DNA from: the human T2T-CHM13v2.0 reference genome, Homo sapiens
NCBI RefSeq assembly: GCF_009914755.1
Contig: NC_060941.1
Reading direction: 5' to 3' (one strand)
DNA: 64,000 nucleotides
The position numbers were made by a program, and so were the translations under genes. This document shows, piece by piece, positions 31,261 to 46,890 of this stretch. Numbering within the stretch: position 1 is the first letter of the stretch; each line of letters opens with the position of its first letter. The notes below the pieces were generated by a model, which was not told where the DNA came from, made no database searches, and saw nothing but the letters and a program-made list of their open reading frames with translations.

Positions 31261-32121
31261 ACCTTTGCTTGTCTATAATGATATGCTGGTCGATAATAAT
31301 CATACAGTTTGTTTTCACATGTGGACATTAATGCATAATCTGCTTTAGATCATAAACATCTTGGTTTGTGCCTAGCACTGTCTCCATAACATGAAGTCTG
31401 GTTGAATTGCCAAGTCTGTTTGTATTTCCAGAGCTAAGTTTTAACTCTCCCAGCAGTAAGGGAACATCATCACCAGATCATGGGGTTCTAGAATCTAATG
31501 AGAAGAATCCAAATCTGAGAGTCAAATACTCAATGTCTCATCTTGTCTTGGCCAGGGATTTTCTGCAGTGCCAATCCCTTCTGTTTGATTTTCTTTTTCT
31601 CCACAATGATAATCACGAAGTCCACTCCCCGCCCCCCAGATAGTCTGGGAACCCAAATCTTTGTTGTCTGGATATTCTCAATCTTTGGTTTTCTCTTGAC
31701 TTCCTTCTTATTAACATTTAAATAGAAATGGCTTGGGATATGACTGTATTTTCCCCCAAATCTCTAGAATTAGGCAGATGGGTGGGTATTCCATTTTCAC
31801 ATTCACTTTGTGAGTTTCTGGCCCTCTGAATTCCCAGTGGTCCTGCTTCCATCACAGCACCCAAAGCTGAGATCTCACTTCTGCTCTGCTCTGTCCCACT
31901 CACGGGATCCTCTCTTCCTCTATCCCACAGAGGCCCTGATGATGAGAGCTTTAATGATGTTTAGCAGGTAGGCAGTGAGAAATGATTATATCACAGAGAA
32001 GAGAACAATTTCCAATCTAATGTCAAACATAATTTTATAAATGTATTAGCTACTTCCTAAGAGAGAAACCCTCCTATAGGTTGCATCCCTTTATGGAACC
32101 TTCTGCTTCAGTCTCTCTATA

Positions 32122-32294
32122 TCACGGTTCTCAGTCTTTGCTGTGTGTTAGAATCAACTAAAGAGCTTCCAAAAATCCCAGTGCACAAGCCTTACCCCAA
32201 ACCAATGAAATCGGAAGCATTTGGGGCGGGATCACCGACATTTTCAAAGCTACCCAGTTGATTCTAGTGTCCAGCCAACTTTGAGAACCACTGC
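32122..32294. mobile_element. MER5-family hAT-Charlie MITE
   Basis: GGTTCTCAGTCTTTGCTGTGTGTTAGAATCA...TGATTCTAGTGTCCAGCCAACTTTGAGAACCACTG. Confidence 0.85.
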
Positions 32295-34030
32295 TTCAGA
32301 TCGTTCTTATATCTGTCTCTTATCTTTTCTCACACCCTTGAAGGCTTCTCTCCCAGAGTTCCCAAGAAAACCAAAAATTTATCTCATTTTATTACAATGA
32401 ATCAGATCTTTTAGGTATGTCTGTATGTCCATTTATACTTTTGGTCTCATACTAACTCATTCATGATGTGTGCATGGGTCTTCATTTTTTCCCTCATGGG
32501 TCGGGGTGGGGGAGCAAAAATAGGCTGAAACAAAAGGACTATTTACCCCAAAGATGAATTATGTCACTGGCCGAGAAAGCAGACACAGCTGCAGTCAGGT
32601 TTTGTTTAAATAGCATTTTTTTTCCTTAACAGTACACATGGAAAAAGTTCCTTCAGCCCCCTGAAAATAAAGGGCTTTGCACATTTAAAAGCTCTTTCTG
32701 TTTGTACAGTGCCCACTTCTGCCTCCTTGGGAGATCAGAATTTCCTTCTGTGCAAGCAGTGCGATCTCAAAGAGAGCTGTCCTCACCCCAAACACACAAA
32801 ACCAGACCCTCCAAAGTGAGACCCACGGCATTCTTGCATTGGTGCCTGGGGCTGGATAAAATGAGCTGTTACGTCTTTTTGATCTTTAACTCCTAAGATT
32901 CTGACTCATCTGCACTTGCGGGGAGAACCTGGAGCAAGCTGACCCACAGGTGTGAACTGAACCTGACTAACCTCTCCTCTTGACATGTGTTCTCTTTGCC
33001 TTGGTGTTATTTGGCGTTTTAATGGACACTTTTATTGAGAATTGGACAAGAACAGATGCCAATGAGAAAGCATGCATTTCTACAGCTTCATCTATCCAAG
33101 CTTGCTCTATCGCCCAAGATTTGGCCATTCCAGAACAAACAACATTTTCAGCCTCTATCCAGGTGCTTTGGAGGTCTCATAAAGATGCCAGCGAGTGCCT
33201 GTGGTTGTGTTTTTGGAAGCCTAATTACTAAAGCAGCTAGCAGCTATCCAAGACACAGGATTCCTTCAGTCAATGGGACACCTTGTGCCTTCCACATGGA
33301 CAATATAGGTGGTCTTCTGAAGTCTTAGAAGGAAATAGTAGTTTTCTTTTTTAAAAACCACAAGTTCTCACCTAGAAAGTTGCAAAATACTATTGCCTGA
33401 TGATAATCGACTGTTGGATGTTTCTGTAATAATAGTGGTTTAGTGACAATATGTGCAAATACTTTGCCTTTCTCATATGTTTGAGTAGGTTTAAGATTAT
33501 TTCTATTAAAAAAAAACTGTCTGTTACCTATATTCCAATATACTTCCTCCAACCTGAAAGAAAGTCACGAAGTTACAGTGAAATCTTGGGAGTCCGGCAC
33601 AGCATAGTGTAGACACACGGTAATGGGTTACACATGCCATCCATCATGTGTGTAGGGGATAATTAATGAGGTAACAGTCAGTTAAGTTCCAGAAGACTTC
33701 AGTGAAAATCACATGAATGATCACCTTCTTTGCACACAAGCTGTTTCTTTGTGTGGGTTAAGATTTCTACACCTAGGAAGTTGTATTCTTTGTCCTTTCC
33801 AATTTAATAGTAATTTATCCCTTGTTCTTTGAGATGTTGTGTACCTCACTGGGGGGTTTGGGTATGGCTCTAGAACAAAATCACTGATTAAATTTTCACT
33901 GAGTTCAATTTATTACCAAGTACATCTTTCCCAGTCTAAACTGTAGCCAATAGAAAAAGACTACATAATTAGAACTAAATATTTCTTGATGGAATAAATG
34001 AATTTCTATGGCATATAACATACAAAATGT

Positions 34031-34348
<318 letters not shown>

Positions 34349-34871
34349 ACAGACAAAATGCGACCTGAGGAGGTTACTGTTTCCTGCGAGCACAATGTAC
34401 TCTTTTTTTTTCCATTTTCACCTCCCTATCATAGTACATTTTCTTGCATTTCTCTTACTTTCAGAGAAGAAAGTAAGACTGCTTTGATAAACTGCTAAGC
34501 TAAATGGTAAAAACAAATCTCTTCTCTTGAAGCGAGAAGAGTAGAGTGACCCCAGCCCCAGGCCCTGAAAAGGGATAGGATCTGTTAAGGCCCATTGTGG
34601 GCACTGGTTCCTGCATGGCAGAATGTGTACCGCTTGTACAGTAGCTGTTCTTGCAAAGTCTGTTCTCCTTCTCCTACTCAATACAGATTGTTTTCTTTGA
34701 TCTTTTTGCAGTCTTGGAAACTACCAATCTTTTCCTCCTTCAACTCGCCTCTGTGGATTTCATGACACTATACTCTTCCAGACTTGTGCCAACTCCTCTG
34801 ACTTCTCCTTTGGCCCCTACACTGATTTCTTTCTCTCCCTGCTTCTAGCTGTCCCCTAGAAAGTCGCATAG

Positions 34872-35351
<480 letters not shown>

Positions 35352-35414
35352 AAGACTCACCGTCATTTTAAGATCAACTTACCATGGAAGGAAATTATCA
35401 CCCAAACCTTAGAC

Positions 35415-35980
35415 TGAGGGCATTACCCAGGCTTCTGTCAGAGCAGGACAAAACAGGGCAGGGTATGGAAGAAGGGGTTCATTATGGAGATGTGACTTTA
35501 CTACACTGTGGGAGCTGGTGAAACAATTTTTCTTGTACCCCTTGATCCTGCCCCTAGTGTTTGAGCTTGAATTCAATAGAACAAGCAGTTGGGAAGAAAT
35601 GATGACTGCGATGTGTAAGAAAGCAAGGGAAAACGGAAACCCACATCTTTTTCTTGCTCTTCTAAGCAGCCGACTTCAAGGATGTGGTGGGTCTGTTGGA
35701 GCACCGTCTCATGAGCTAAATATACAACTAGCCCAGTCTTCATCTGAGAAACTGAAGGAGATGTGGCAGGAGCTGGAATTACTGTGGGCTCATGGCAGCA
35801 TGTGTGAGCTGCAACAGGCACCGAAAACAGCCAATCTTGAACACAGCTGTGTTCATTTCTGCCTTTCAAATCCCACACAAGATCTCTTGTGGCCAACTCC
35901 AATCCAGAACCCTGCAGAGAAGAGAGATCTGGGACCACAGCTCTAGCTTAGTCATGTGCACACTGTGCACAGTCACCACA
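35415..35980 (-). mobile_element. ERVL LTR (LTR41/LTR33-like)
   Basis: CAGAACCCTGCAGAGAAGAGAGATCTGGG...CTAGCTTAGTCATGTGCACA resembles an ERVL LTR end; TG...CA bounds. Confidence 0.6.
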
Positions 35981-36281
35981 ACAAGTGCTATCACTGGTCC
36001 TCCCCATCATGTTTCACTTTTCTACTCAGTTGATCACCACGTTGTTAAAAAAAAAACAGCAAGAATTTGGCGCTGGCTGCCGTGGTGATTTTTGTTTAAG
36101 TGTGTTTTTTTTAGAGGGTGTTTAGGTGTTTTGCAGGAGGCACCCTGGGGGTTCTGAGTAGAGTAATCTCTGGGCCCCTCTTCCCTTCTTCAACCAGAAT
36201 AGTTTTGCCTTTATCTGCTTTACATGTTGAACTTCTCAGTGAGAGCCCATTTGTAGGAAATCTACCTGTTGGTGCTTACAG

Positions 36282-36410
36282 AAAAGAAATAGGGAGAGGA
36301 AAGAAAGAAGAAAAGAAAGAGAGAAGGAAGGAAGGATAGAAGGAAGGGAAGGAGGGAGGAAAGGAAGATAGAAGGAAGGAAGGAGGGAGGAAAGGAAGGA
36401 AGAAAGAAAA
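36282..36410. repeat. GA-rich (GGAA/GAAA) tract
   Basis: Read directly from the sequence. Confidence 0.9.
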
Positions 36411-36944
36411 CCAGTAGCCCACAGAATCAAGTCTTAATTCTCCCACCTTAATCCTCCCATCTTGATCCTCCATATTCATTCAACTTTGTCTCCTTTTATT
36501 AACTCCAATGGAAATCTTCTGCTTTTGCCTGACTGGGTCTCTTACCCATTTCTCAAAAGACTATTCATTACCAATTTTAGGCTTTGACTCTCACACTTCT
36601 TTTTTTTTTTCTTTTTGGCCTAGAATGTCCCATCTCCCTTGACCTTTTCTAAGACAACTGTAGGCCAGTGCTATTTCTGGATCAAGGTAGAGAGGTCTAG
36701 TCTTGCCTCTAGAAAACAGATGAAGGTGGCATCGGGTGTCATTTCATTTAAATGCACAAATGCACACATAAAAGCAAATGCATGCACACACACATATGTG
36801 CATATATGCACAGATATATACAGTAATTTAATATGAAAACCCTTCTATAAATGACTTTATATGTATAAATTTATGTGTAAATAATGTTATTTAATGGAGA
36901 TAAATGAAGATGAAAAGATACCAGAAACCATTTAGAAGAAGAGA

Positions 36945-37085
36945 GGAGGAATGTTAGTAGCATTTATTAAGTGCCTCCTAGGCATTAGTCTCATGACTTT
37001 AACCTCATTTAATTTTGAAAGTAACCATAAGATGTAGGAGTCATGAGCCTCATATAACCAGTTTAATGAGGAATCTAAACTCTTT
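36945..37085 (-). mobile_element. MIR fragment
   Basis: GCATTTATTAAGTGCC...CCTCATTTAAT...ATGAGGAATCT. Confidence 0.6.
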
Positions 37086-37785
37086 GTAGGACAAACTTGA
37101 AACAGTTTTATTTTTTCTAATTATCTTGTCAACCACATTCTCTATTCTGGGCAGTGGGGATGTTTAATGACATCTCAGCTTAACTCTCTGACTTTTCGGT
37201 CTCTTGGTTTTTTGAAGTGTCTCATTTGGGTTCTTGAAAGTCAGTTCTGTTTATTTAAAACCTTCCATCTAATTCCTAATAACCTCTGTCTTTCCCTTCT
37301 GCCTGGGTGGGCTAGGTCTGTGGTTATGGTGGCTTTGGGAGCAGAAGGGATGGGCTGGGTGGTCCTCTCTGACACGGCGCCTCCTTCCCTCCCTATATTC
37401 TGCCCTCCTTCTTCCCCTTCAGTTGTGGTTGGAAGGAGAGAGTGAAGACAGTGCCTTTTTACTGAATCCTGTGAATGAGGTCACAGCTCTTGAATTGCAG
37501 AACTCTATATGCTGTTTTGACTCATTTCTTTGGACTCTACATTTATGAGCAGCAGCTCCTGATTGCCTGCTTGACAAGGAAGTCATCCCTGGCAACTCCC
37601 TTAGGTATTTACAGTACCCTGTAAGATCTCTTCCCATTGCTCTGGTATGTGCACCTTTTTGTCCTCAGGTGAGACTGTCCCTAGTAAAACAGTTACTACA
37701 AATCACATCTACCCTTCATATTTGAGTTTGGAGTTACAGGTGTCCATCTTGAATACTTCATTGAATCTGAGAACTTGAAGGCGGC

Positions 37786-38150
37786 TGCTATGAACTGAAT
37801 GTTTTCACCTCCCCCACCCCTAATTTATATATTAAAACCTAATCACCAAGATGATGGTGTTCGAAGGTGGAAATTTTGGGATGTGATTAGGCCATGAGGA
37901 TGGAGCCCTTATGAATGGAATTAATGCCCTATAAGAGAGACCCCAGAGAGCTACCTTCCCCTTCCACCATGAGAGGATACAATAAGAAAAGAGCTGTTCA
38001 TGAACCAGGAAACAGGCTCTCACTAGACACTGAATCTGCCAGCACCTCTGTCTTGGACTTCCAGACTCCAGAACTGTGAGAGATAAATTTCTTGTTTTTA
38101 TAAGTTACCAAGTCTATGGTATTTTGTTATAGGAGCCCAAACAAATTACA
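37786..38150 (+). mobile_element. MaLR solo LTR (MLT1A0-like)
   Basis: TGCTATGAACTGAATG...GGACTTCCAGACTCCAGAACTGTGAG...TTACA; TSD G(C/G)GGC. Confidence 0.9.
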
Positions 38151-40442
38151 GGGGCAATCACAAATAATAAGGACAAAGTATTTGTGACATTCCGTAGAAA
38201 AAGTTACTAGTATCATGTCCAACTACCTAATCCCTCATTAAAATGCTTCTGATTCTGATGAGAAAAAAAGGGAAGGGTATGAGGTGTTGGTTTTTATTGC
38301 CTTCTGTAACTCCATACCACTGAATCAGTAATGGAGCTCACTGGGTCATTTAGCAAATATTTACCAAATATGTATATGTAATGTACACCATTTTCACATT
38401 GGGTATGGATAACTCCATAAAGAGAACTTTACATGTAGGTAGAGAGGTAGAAAAATTAAAAACTCCACTACTCCAATGTACAAAAAAATAGCCTAACTTT
38501 TTTGTTTTTTATAATTGATATAACTTTTCTTATATGGCCTTATCATGCTGTATGTTGACTAGATGCAGGGAATGCTACGTAAACTTTCCAATTAATATTT
38601 CAGTGTTTGGGGTTTTAAACAGTCCTTTTATACTTATAGACCTTTTTGCAAAATGTTCAATCTATGAGAGTATCATTGATCCAACTCACCCATTCCTGTC
38701 CATACATATGAGGGACCTTAGATGACCTCATGGCAATGGGAGGGACCTCAGAGCCATGGGCTGATCTCACAGTTGGCTGGGCTGGGCTGGGGGTGGAGTT
38801 TGACCCTACTGAGGGCACTTTGCAGGTACCCAGAGCTGTAGTCTATGATCTTGGTTCTTTACCTCTGATGACTAATTCTCAACAGTCTGTGTCTCCATTT
38901 TAAATCCAAGTGGACGTGAATCCCCTGACCCTTTTAGCACCTTGACATTTCATCATTTGGGGTATAGAAATTTCTGGCTCTCTTGCACACCATATTTAGG
39001 ACATGAGCCACATTCAACAGTGTTAGCAAGCTTATTTGTCTAATTCTCTCCATCTATCAACGCTGCACTATTGATGATCTCTCAACTAGAAGCAAGTATA
39101 TGGTTTTCTCAGGGCACAGTTGAGAAGGCAGCCACTAGTCTTGATTTTCCAGGGTTCCCCACACTTATATGGAAATCTCTACAACCCCCTCTTTTTTTGA
39201 ATCAGCCCCGCACATGTGGAGGAGAGGATTTATATCTGATCTTCTTATTCTACCTCAGTCACTCTTCTTCTTCCCCATACTTTTCTAGGCTGGAAGCAGC
39301 CAGTCTCCTACTTCCTGTCAAATTGGACTTCCTCTACTTCATACTTTCTTCTTCCTAGGGACTCTGCACCTCATGGATTAGCTTCCTGCCTCAATGGAAT
39401 AATGTGACACAGGAAGAGACACAAGCTTCTGATAAAGGAAAGGGAATACAGTGGGTGCAGTTATTAAAAATATTATTCTTATTTTTCAGTATAAAGAACT
39501 TTTTATGTTTCATCTCAATGGAAGGTTAATAAAACTTTAAGAAAATGTCAAGGAGTTTAATAAAAGAGACTTTGGAAGGAAAAATAACTCTAAGCCTCTG
39601 TAAATCCTATTGCTCTAACACTTCAGCCAACTATAAAGAAGACCTAATACCTCAAACTGATGAAACATGAAGTTAGATGTGCTGTCTCTTCCTGAAACAC
39701 AAATGCACAGTAGTTTACAGAGTCTTAAAGCAGAAATCTATCATAAGATGTCTTTGAACCTGCATTTTCAAAGTTAACATTTACAGGTGGTTCAATGGGA
39801 ATTCAAATCAAGTGCAAATTTCTGAGGAGTTCCTGAGGAATAAGTAAGAATTCAAAGCATATCTTTAGGTAGTAAATGTTTAAGTCGATACCTAGTTTTC
39901 TTTCTGTATGTAAGCATGGGGTAGAAATTCCTTATTCGCACCGTACACGATTCCTGTGATATGACAGCTGAGATTCTGAATAAAACTGAGAGACATAAAA
40001 TTTATGGTTAAAGGTTTACACTATTTCTGTGAAACTACAGCTGGATTAGGAGATCAAAAATAAGCTAAGTTTAACAAACTCCAGAAAAATCATTATCTCA
40101 GTGAATGGATGTTTTAATGTTCATTACCTACAAAGAAGTGGTTTGCTTACAGCTGGTAAAAATTTAGTCAAGTTCTGAGATCAACTTCTTTACAAAACAT
40201 CGGTTTTAACTTTGAATGAAAGCAAATGCTTCTGTTTAGCTTTATTTTGTATTTAACACTATCTGCCATGTGTTGTCATAGTCCCTGTCCTCAAAGAATT
40301 TCTGACCTTAGGAAAGAGACATATCATTCAACTAAGAAATCACATGCTTTGACTCTTGGCACGTCTAATTCTGATGGTTCTATGGGATTGGGTTGTAAGG
40401 GGTTTCAAGCAGGTAGCATCTTAGATCAATTAAGAACAAAGC

Positions 40443-40778
<336 letters not shown>

Positions 40779-41150
40779 TTATAGAGATAAAACTACCTGC
40801 TAAAGGGAGTTTGGGGTAACACTGAGTGCTCCGTGTTTGTCAGTGAATGAAAGGCAAGGAAGACGTGAAGACCCCCACCCTCATGTGAGCCACACACTGG
40901 ATGTTAATACAGGAGAAACTTTCAAAGAATGGCGGGGCCCCAGTCACAGTGGACAGTAGCAATGTGCCAGTGTAGAGAAGCTCTAAAGTTGAGAACAGTA
41001 TCTATTATAGCTTCTGCTTGACATACAAAATGCATTTTTGAAGAAAAATAAATGTGGATCCAGTAATTAAGCAGTTAGAAAGATGTTATTTAGGCTTTGT
41101 TGCATACAGATGCCACCAATTTTCATGCCAAAACATTTTTGACCTAATCA

Positions 41151-41642
<492 letters not shown>

Positions 41643-41905
41643 TTAGGAGGCAGAGAGCATATGGGGGATAAAGAAAGGATACAGATTTTTGAAACAACAC
41701 TCAGGTTTTAAAATTGTATAAAAGGTACAATGACAGTGTTGTTACAAGACAAAGAAAACTAATGTTGTGGAACAGATTTTACAGGGGGAAGGAGTTGACT
41801 TGTGCTGAAACTTGTTCACTATGAAGTGATGTCAAAGTTAAGTTGAGATATATGGTTGAAGGCATGGGGTCAGGATTGCAAAATGAGATTTGGGACCTAA
41901 GGGAC

Positions 41906-42335
41906 AGTGGTGGGTTGAATAGTGGCCCCAAAGGTGTTTGCATCCTAATCCCCTGAATCTTCGAATGTCACCTTATGTGGCAACAGGGAATTTGCAGATG
42001 TGATTAACTCAAGGATCTTGAAATGAGAAGATTATCTTGCATTATCCTAGTGGGCCTGATGAATCACAGGCATTCTTATAAAAGTAATGACAGAGATCAG
42101 AGGGAGGTAAGAGGTAAAATGATGGAGGCAGGAGTTGAGTGATGTGAGGTAGGGGTCATGAGCCAAGGAATGCGGGCAACCTCCAGAAGGAACCAGCCCA
42201 GCTGACACCTTGACTTTGGCTCAGTGAAACTGATTTCAAGCTTCCAACCTCCTGAACTGTAAGATAATAAGTGTGTGTTGTTTTAAGCCACCAAGTTTGT
42301 GGTAGTTTGTAACAGCAGCCATGGGAAATAAACTC
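41906..42335 (+). mobile_element. MaLR LTR (MLT1C/D-like)
   Basis: GGGTTGAATAGTGGCCCCAAAG...TTTGCAGATGTGATTAA...TTTTAAGCCACCAAGTTTGTGGTAGTTTGTAACAGCAGC. Confidence 0.88.
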
Positions 42336-42632
42336 AAGGACCTAGTGAACACTGGAAAGAGAAGATCCTCATTTGCTGTAACTAAAACACATGCTTTTCA
42401 ACGTTTGGAGGTCCTTTCAGTTCTGTTTCAATAGCCTGCAACAGAGTGGAAAGTGGCAAAATTCCATTCAGGTCACCCAGAAATTCAGAATCACATAGGC
42501 TGCATGAGAACACAGATGATCTGTTGCTCTCCACTCTCTCTTTTTTTGACAGAGAGGGAAATCCATAATGAGCTTTGTAGGCCCAAGGCCTGTTATGGTG
42601 CCTGATACATGGTAGGTATTTAAAGTACATCA

Positions 42633-42785
42633 GGCTGGGCATAGTGGCTCATGCCTGTTATCCTAGCACTTTAGGAGGCTGAGGTGGGAGAATCGCTTCA
42701 GGCCATGAGTCTCAGATCAGCTGGGGCAACATAGCAAGATCCCATCTATACCAAAGAAGAAAAAATAAAAATAAAAATAAAAAAT
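42633..42785 (+). mobile_element. Alu left monomer (FLAM-like)
   Basis: Single monomer GGCTGGGCATAGTGGCTC...CAACATAGCAAGATCCCATCT with AAAAAT-repeat tail. Confidence 0.88.
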
Positions 42786-42947
42786 ATATTATTAATTTCT
42801 CAAACTAAAGAGAATTTCAAAATTTTATGTTTTTTAATTCTATGGAAGTATTTTGCCCAGTATAAAAATACAATTTACTTTTATTTTGCATTGACTATTT
42901 TGCATTACAGGACATTTTCCTAAGAATCAGATTTTCAGTTCTTAAGT

Positions 42948-43061
42948 CAGTGTTTCTCAAGCAAATGTTCACGTATCCTGGTTATGCGGGGGTGGATCTG
43001 TGGATATATATCCTTGGGGTTTTAAAGACACTTATACATTACTAAAGTTTGAGGAACACTG
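42948..43061. mobile_element. Short hAT-Charlie-type MITE
   Basis: Terminal inverted repeats CAGTGTTTCTCAA and TTGAGGAACACTG. Confidence 0.7.
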
Positions 43062-44600
43062 AAATACGCACATGTTGAAGGAACAAAGGGATAAGGAATA
43101 CATGTTTCCAAAAAACCAGATTTGGTAGTTAGTTTGGTGGGGAAAAAAAATGTAAAGCAAGCCGTTTGGTGGTGTGGAAATCAAAGAACTGATTGGCATG
43201 TTAAACTGTTTTATATTTCAAACTGGAACAATCATGTAGACGTGCCTTGCAACACTTTTCTCTCCACTCTTTGTTTTCTCTTTTACAATACTAAGTGTAC
43301 TACAACAGTGAGAAGTAATATCTTAGCACCAGAGTACATCTTGCACCTATTATCTGTCCTGGCTGACAGTAAAAAGTTAATGGCAGCATCCCCCTTTGGG
43401 CCCCTAATAGATGGTACATCATTGTTTCAGAACACCTGAAAGAATGTCTGGGTGCACCTCCCCAAGCACCTAACGAGGGAGGGGTAAGGGCCCAAGAAAA
43501 ATTGCCATGTCACTGCCATGTGATTTATTGCAATGCTTAATTATGTCTACAGGGCACCATCTGGAGACCTAATTTGTGTGCTTTATGAGCAAAAATTGCA
43601 GTCAAAATGTTCCTTCTTCTGAATGTAACTGTGTCCCACTTTGGACTTCTTGCACATTAAAAAAAAAACTGGGTCCCACTTTGGACTTCTTGAATATTAC
43701 CTTAATGCTTGATCCCTACACTATGTCCTAGTTCTTTTAGTTTAGAGGGTCCCAGCCACACAGAGCAACTCTTATTCTAGAGGCAATGGGCTTTTCCTTC
43801 TTATACTATGTTATTTAAAGGGTTAAACATGTAGGAAGTTTTGTCTTATACCAAAAACTCTACAGTAGAGTGAAATCACAATCAACATGTTTCTGAACTA
43901 TTACTGGCCATCAACCAAAAGCAGTATTGCATTTATTGACAACTATTTTTTTTTTCTAATTACCTGTTGGCAAGTAATTGTCCCCAAAATATTTGCTTAA
44001 CAGAAATGATGGCAAATCACCATTACATGATGAGGATTGCTTTTGAAATATTATTCAGTTTTCAAATAAATTTTAACCTAGTCTAGGAATCTTTTTAAAA
44101 AATCATATTACTGTGCTGAGTTGATTTAAGAAATGCTTACTCCTTTCAATTAAATCCCAGAGCATTAATCAAATGTTTGACACTATAAATGTTTCCAATT
44201 AACATCTAGCTTAAAACCACATGTGTTCCAAGTGAAATTCAAAAGATCTATCTGTACAGGTGACCTCAGAGAAACCATTAACACATGGCTGGAGACAGCA
44301 AGAAACATTCTCCATTTGTGAGTCTGAGATAAAGAATCACTTTATGACTGATTAGTACTTCAAACATCCTTTTCTGATGTGGGCTTCTTAAACTAGAAGT
44401 TGAGTATTTCTCACTGAGTCAAAAAGAAAAATTGAATTACAAAAACATATACAGAGAGATTGAAGTTTAAAACAATCCTATCTGGATGAGCCGTTAGTAG
44501 TTCCAAAACCTAACAAAGGCAAATGGTTGGTCACAATACGAGCCTAATCCGTAATCTTAGGTCTAAGAGAAATTTTCCAAGTTTTTTTCACTTCCTCATG

Positions 44601-44916
44601 CAGAGGTTGCAAACTCAAATAGCTCCAGAGTCCAAGCAGGTAACCTAAATGAATGAAATGAGAGTGTCAGGTGTACTGGAGGCCTCAGCAAACTAAAGGC
44701 AATGCCTCCTGCCTAAATGGGAGAGTTCCCACCCTACTGCAACCAACTATTATCATGTGAAAATGGAAGCCCTGTAGGGCTAAACATTCTGCTATTCCAA
44801 GAGAAGCCAGAAAAAATCTTTTTCATGTGAACTCATAGATTTGAAATGATGGCAAAATTAATTCAATGGAAAACAAAAACAACACAGACCTCTTTCCAGC
44901 CAACTTGTGACCTTTG
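44601..44916. mobile_element. MER102-like hAT element
   Basis: CAGAGGTTGCAAACTCAAAT...CCAGCCAACTTGTGACCTTTG termini. Confidence 0.7.
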
Positions 44917-45859
44917 TGTCTGCTGCTGTGCAGAACTGGGAAGTGGGGATGACACAGTCAGAGACACTAAAGGCCAATATGAGGATGAAGATGATCCCCT
45001 TTCAGTAATATGTCAGCACATCATAAGCCTTGGAGAGCATGCTTTGGCTGGCTCACTGTTGAGTCCACCAACTCCCGGCAGAAAAAGAGAGAGCACATAC
45101 CTCCCAAACAATTTCTCAACTGATCGGTCAAATATAGCTAAATTATTCCAGCTGTGCTATGCAGGGGGTTATTATGACCATAAGGAAAATGGTAACATTA
45201 AGACAAGCCCATTTGCCCAGTGAACTGATGAATTGCGTTCTCTCTCTCCTGTCTCTCAGTGGCCTATCAACAGCTGGGGTTGTCTATCCCACAGTGAGGA
45301 CTGCTAACAAACACCTAGGCCTAGTCTGCTATGGCTAGAAAGACACATATTTCTCTTTTTCCCCCCTTCAAATATCTTTCCAGAAGAGGAAAAGCAGATG
45401 ATCATAATAAGATAAATGTCTGGCAGTTTACACAGAGAGAAATATTTGACATTCAGAAACAATTTCAAGACACCAAGAGCTATTACATTCATGTTTGTGC
45501 AAAGATACTTTTTCTATCTAAAGCAAAGCCAAGGCCTGTATGCCTTTGGTGGAAATTGTTCAATGGCTTTGAAAATAAGACAGATGATCGTTTTAGCTTA
45601 TCAAGGAGATGACTCAGTTCATAACTAGAGCCAGAAGACTTGGGTTTTTGTCTTTTTTTTCCGCTCACTAACTAGCTACATGGTTGTTGAGTAATTTGCA
45701 TTAGTCTTCTCATCCTTAGTTTAAAAAAATTCATCAGATACCAAATTTTATATGTAAAATGTAACTAACAACACCTGAGTAAATAAGATCAGATAAAGCC
45801 CATAAAGCAATTTGTAAACACTAGCTTGTTTCTTTATTTGAATTTTTTTTCTGAAAATA

Positions 45860-46390
45860 TTTTCTGGGTTTCCTTGAGGACTTATTTGATTGCAAATGGC
45901 AGGAAACCCAATTAAAACTAGCTTAAGAAAAAAACAAAACAAAACAAAACAGACAAAAAAAACGATTATCTTTCACAACAGAAAAATCTAGGTATGGACT
46001 TTAGGCCTGGCTTGTCCCAGGTGCATAGCGAAACCACCATGACCCAATCTCTCTCTACATCATAGCACCATATTGCCTTCACTCTGTATGGTTGGATTCT
46101 AGGAGTTTAAGGCTCATATACTGCCAGGTTCAATTCTACTTGAAAGAAACACCCTCCTTTTCTTCATGTAGGAGTCTCAAATTGGGCCAGAGTAAGGTTT
46201 AATTTAGTGATAATTTGGTCTAACTGTTCAAACCAATCTTTGTGTCTAAGGTAGTATGACACTTTGAATGGTCAGGTGTCAGTCACCGCAGGAACTCAGT
46301 CACCATGTGAAACAGGGGTACAATTAGCCCCACCTCAGTATGTGGAGTCTTTTGTCAAAAATTGGGGAGAATGGATGTCCATTATACTCT
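45860..46390 (-). mobile_element. MaLR LTR (MLT1J/K-like)
   Basis: GATTGCAAATGGCAGGAAACCCAATTAAAACTAGCTTAAG...AAAAATCTAGG. Confidence 0.65.
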
Positions 46391-46890
46391 ATGACTTGAT
46401 ACATACTTTTAGAGTTTTGGCCTAAAGCAATAGTTTAGACACCTTATACCTTAAATGAAGGTTAAAGAAAAATCTGCTTTCCTAAAGAAACTGCCTTTGC
46501 CTGATATTCCTTTCTTTGACTGTAGGAAAATTTTAAAAATGATTTTGTCCAAAATGTATTCTGCTAAAATCAGTTCTTCTGAATTAAAGGGAATTTTTTT
46601 TTTCACAGAACAGTTTTTCTCATGACTAACGTAACTTTTTTTCTTTTTTTTGAGATAAATTTACATATCACAAAATTCACCCTGTTGAAGTGAACAATTC
46701 AGATTTTTAAAGTATATTCACAAAATTGTGCAACCACGATTGCTAGCTGATTCCAGGACATTTTCATTGCCCTAAAAAGAAAACCTACATCCATGTGCAG
46801 TCAGCATCCATTTACTTTACCCCCAGGTCCTGATAACCATGAAGTTACCTTCTGTCTCCAGGGACTTGCCTAGGCTGGATATTTCATATG

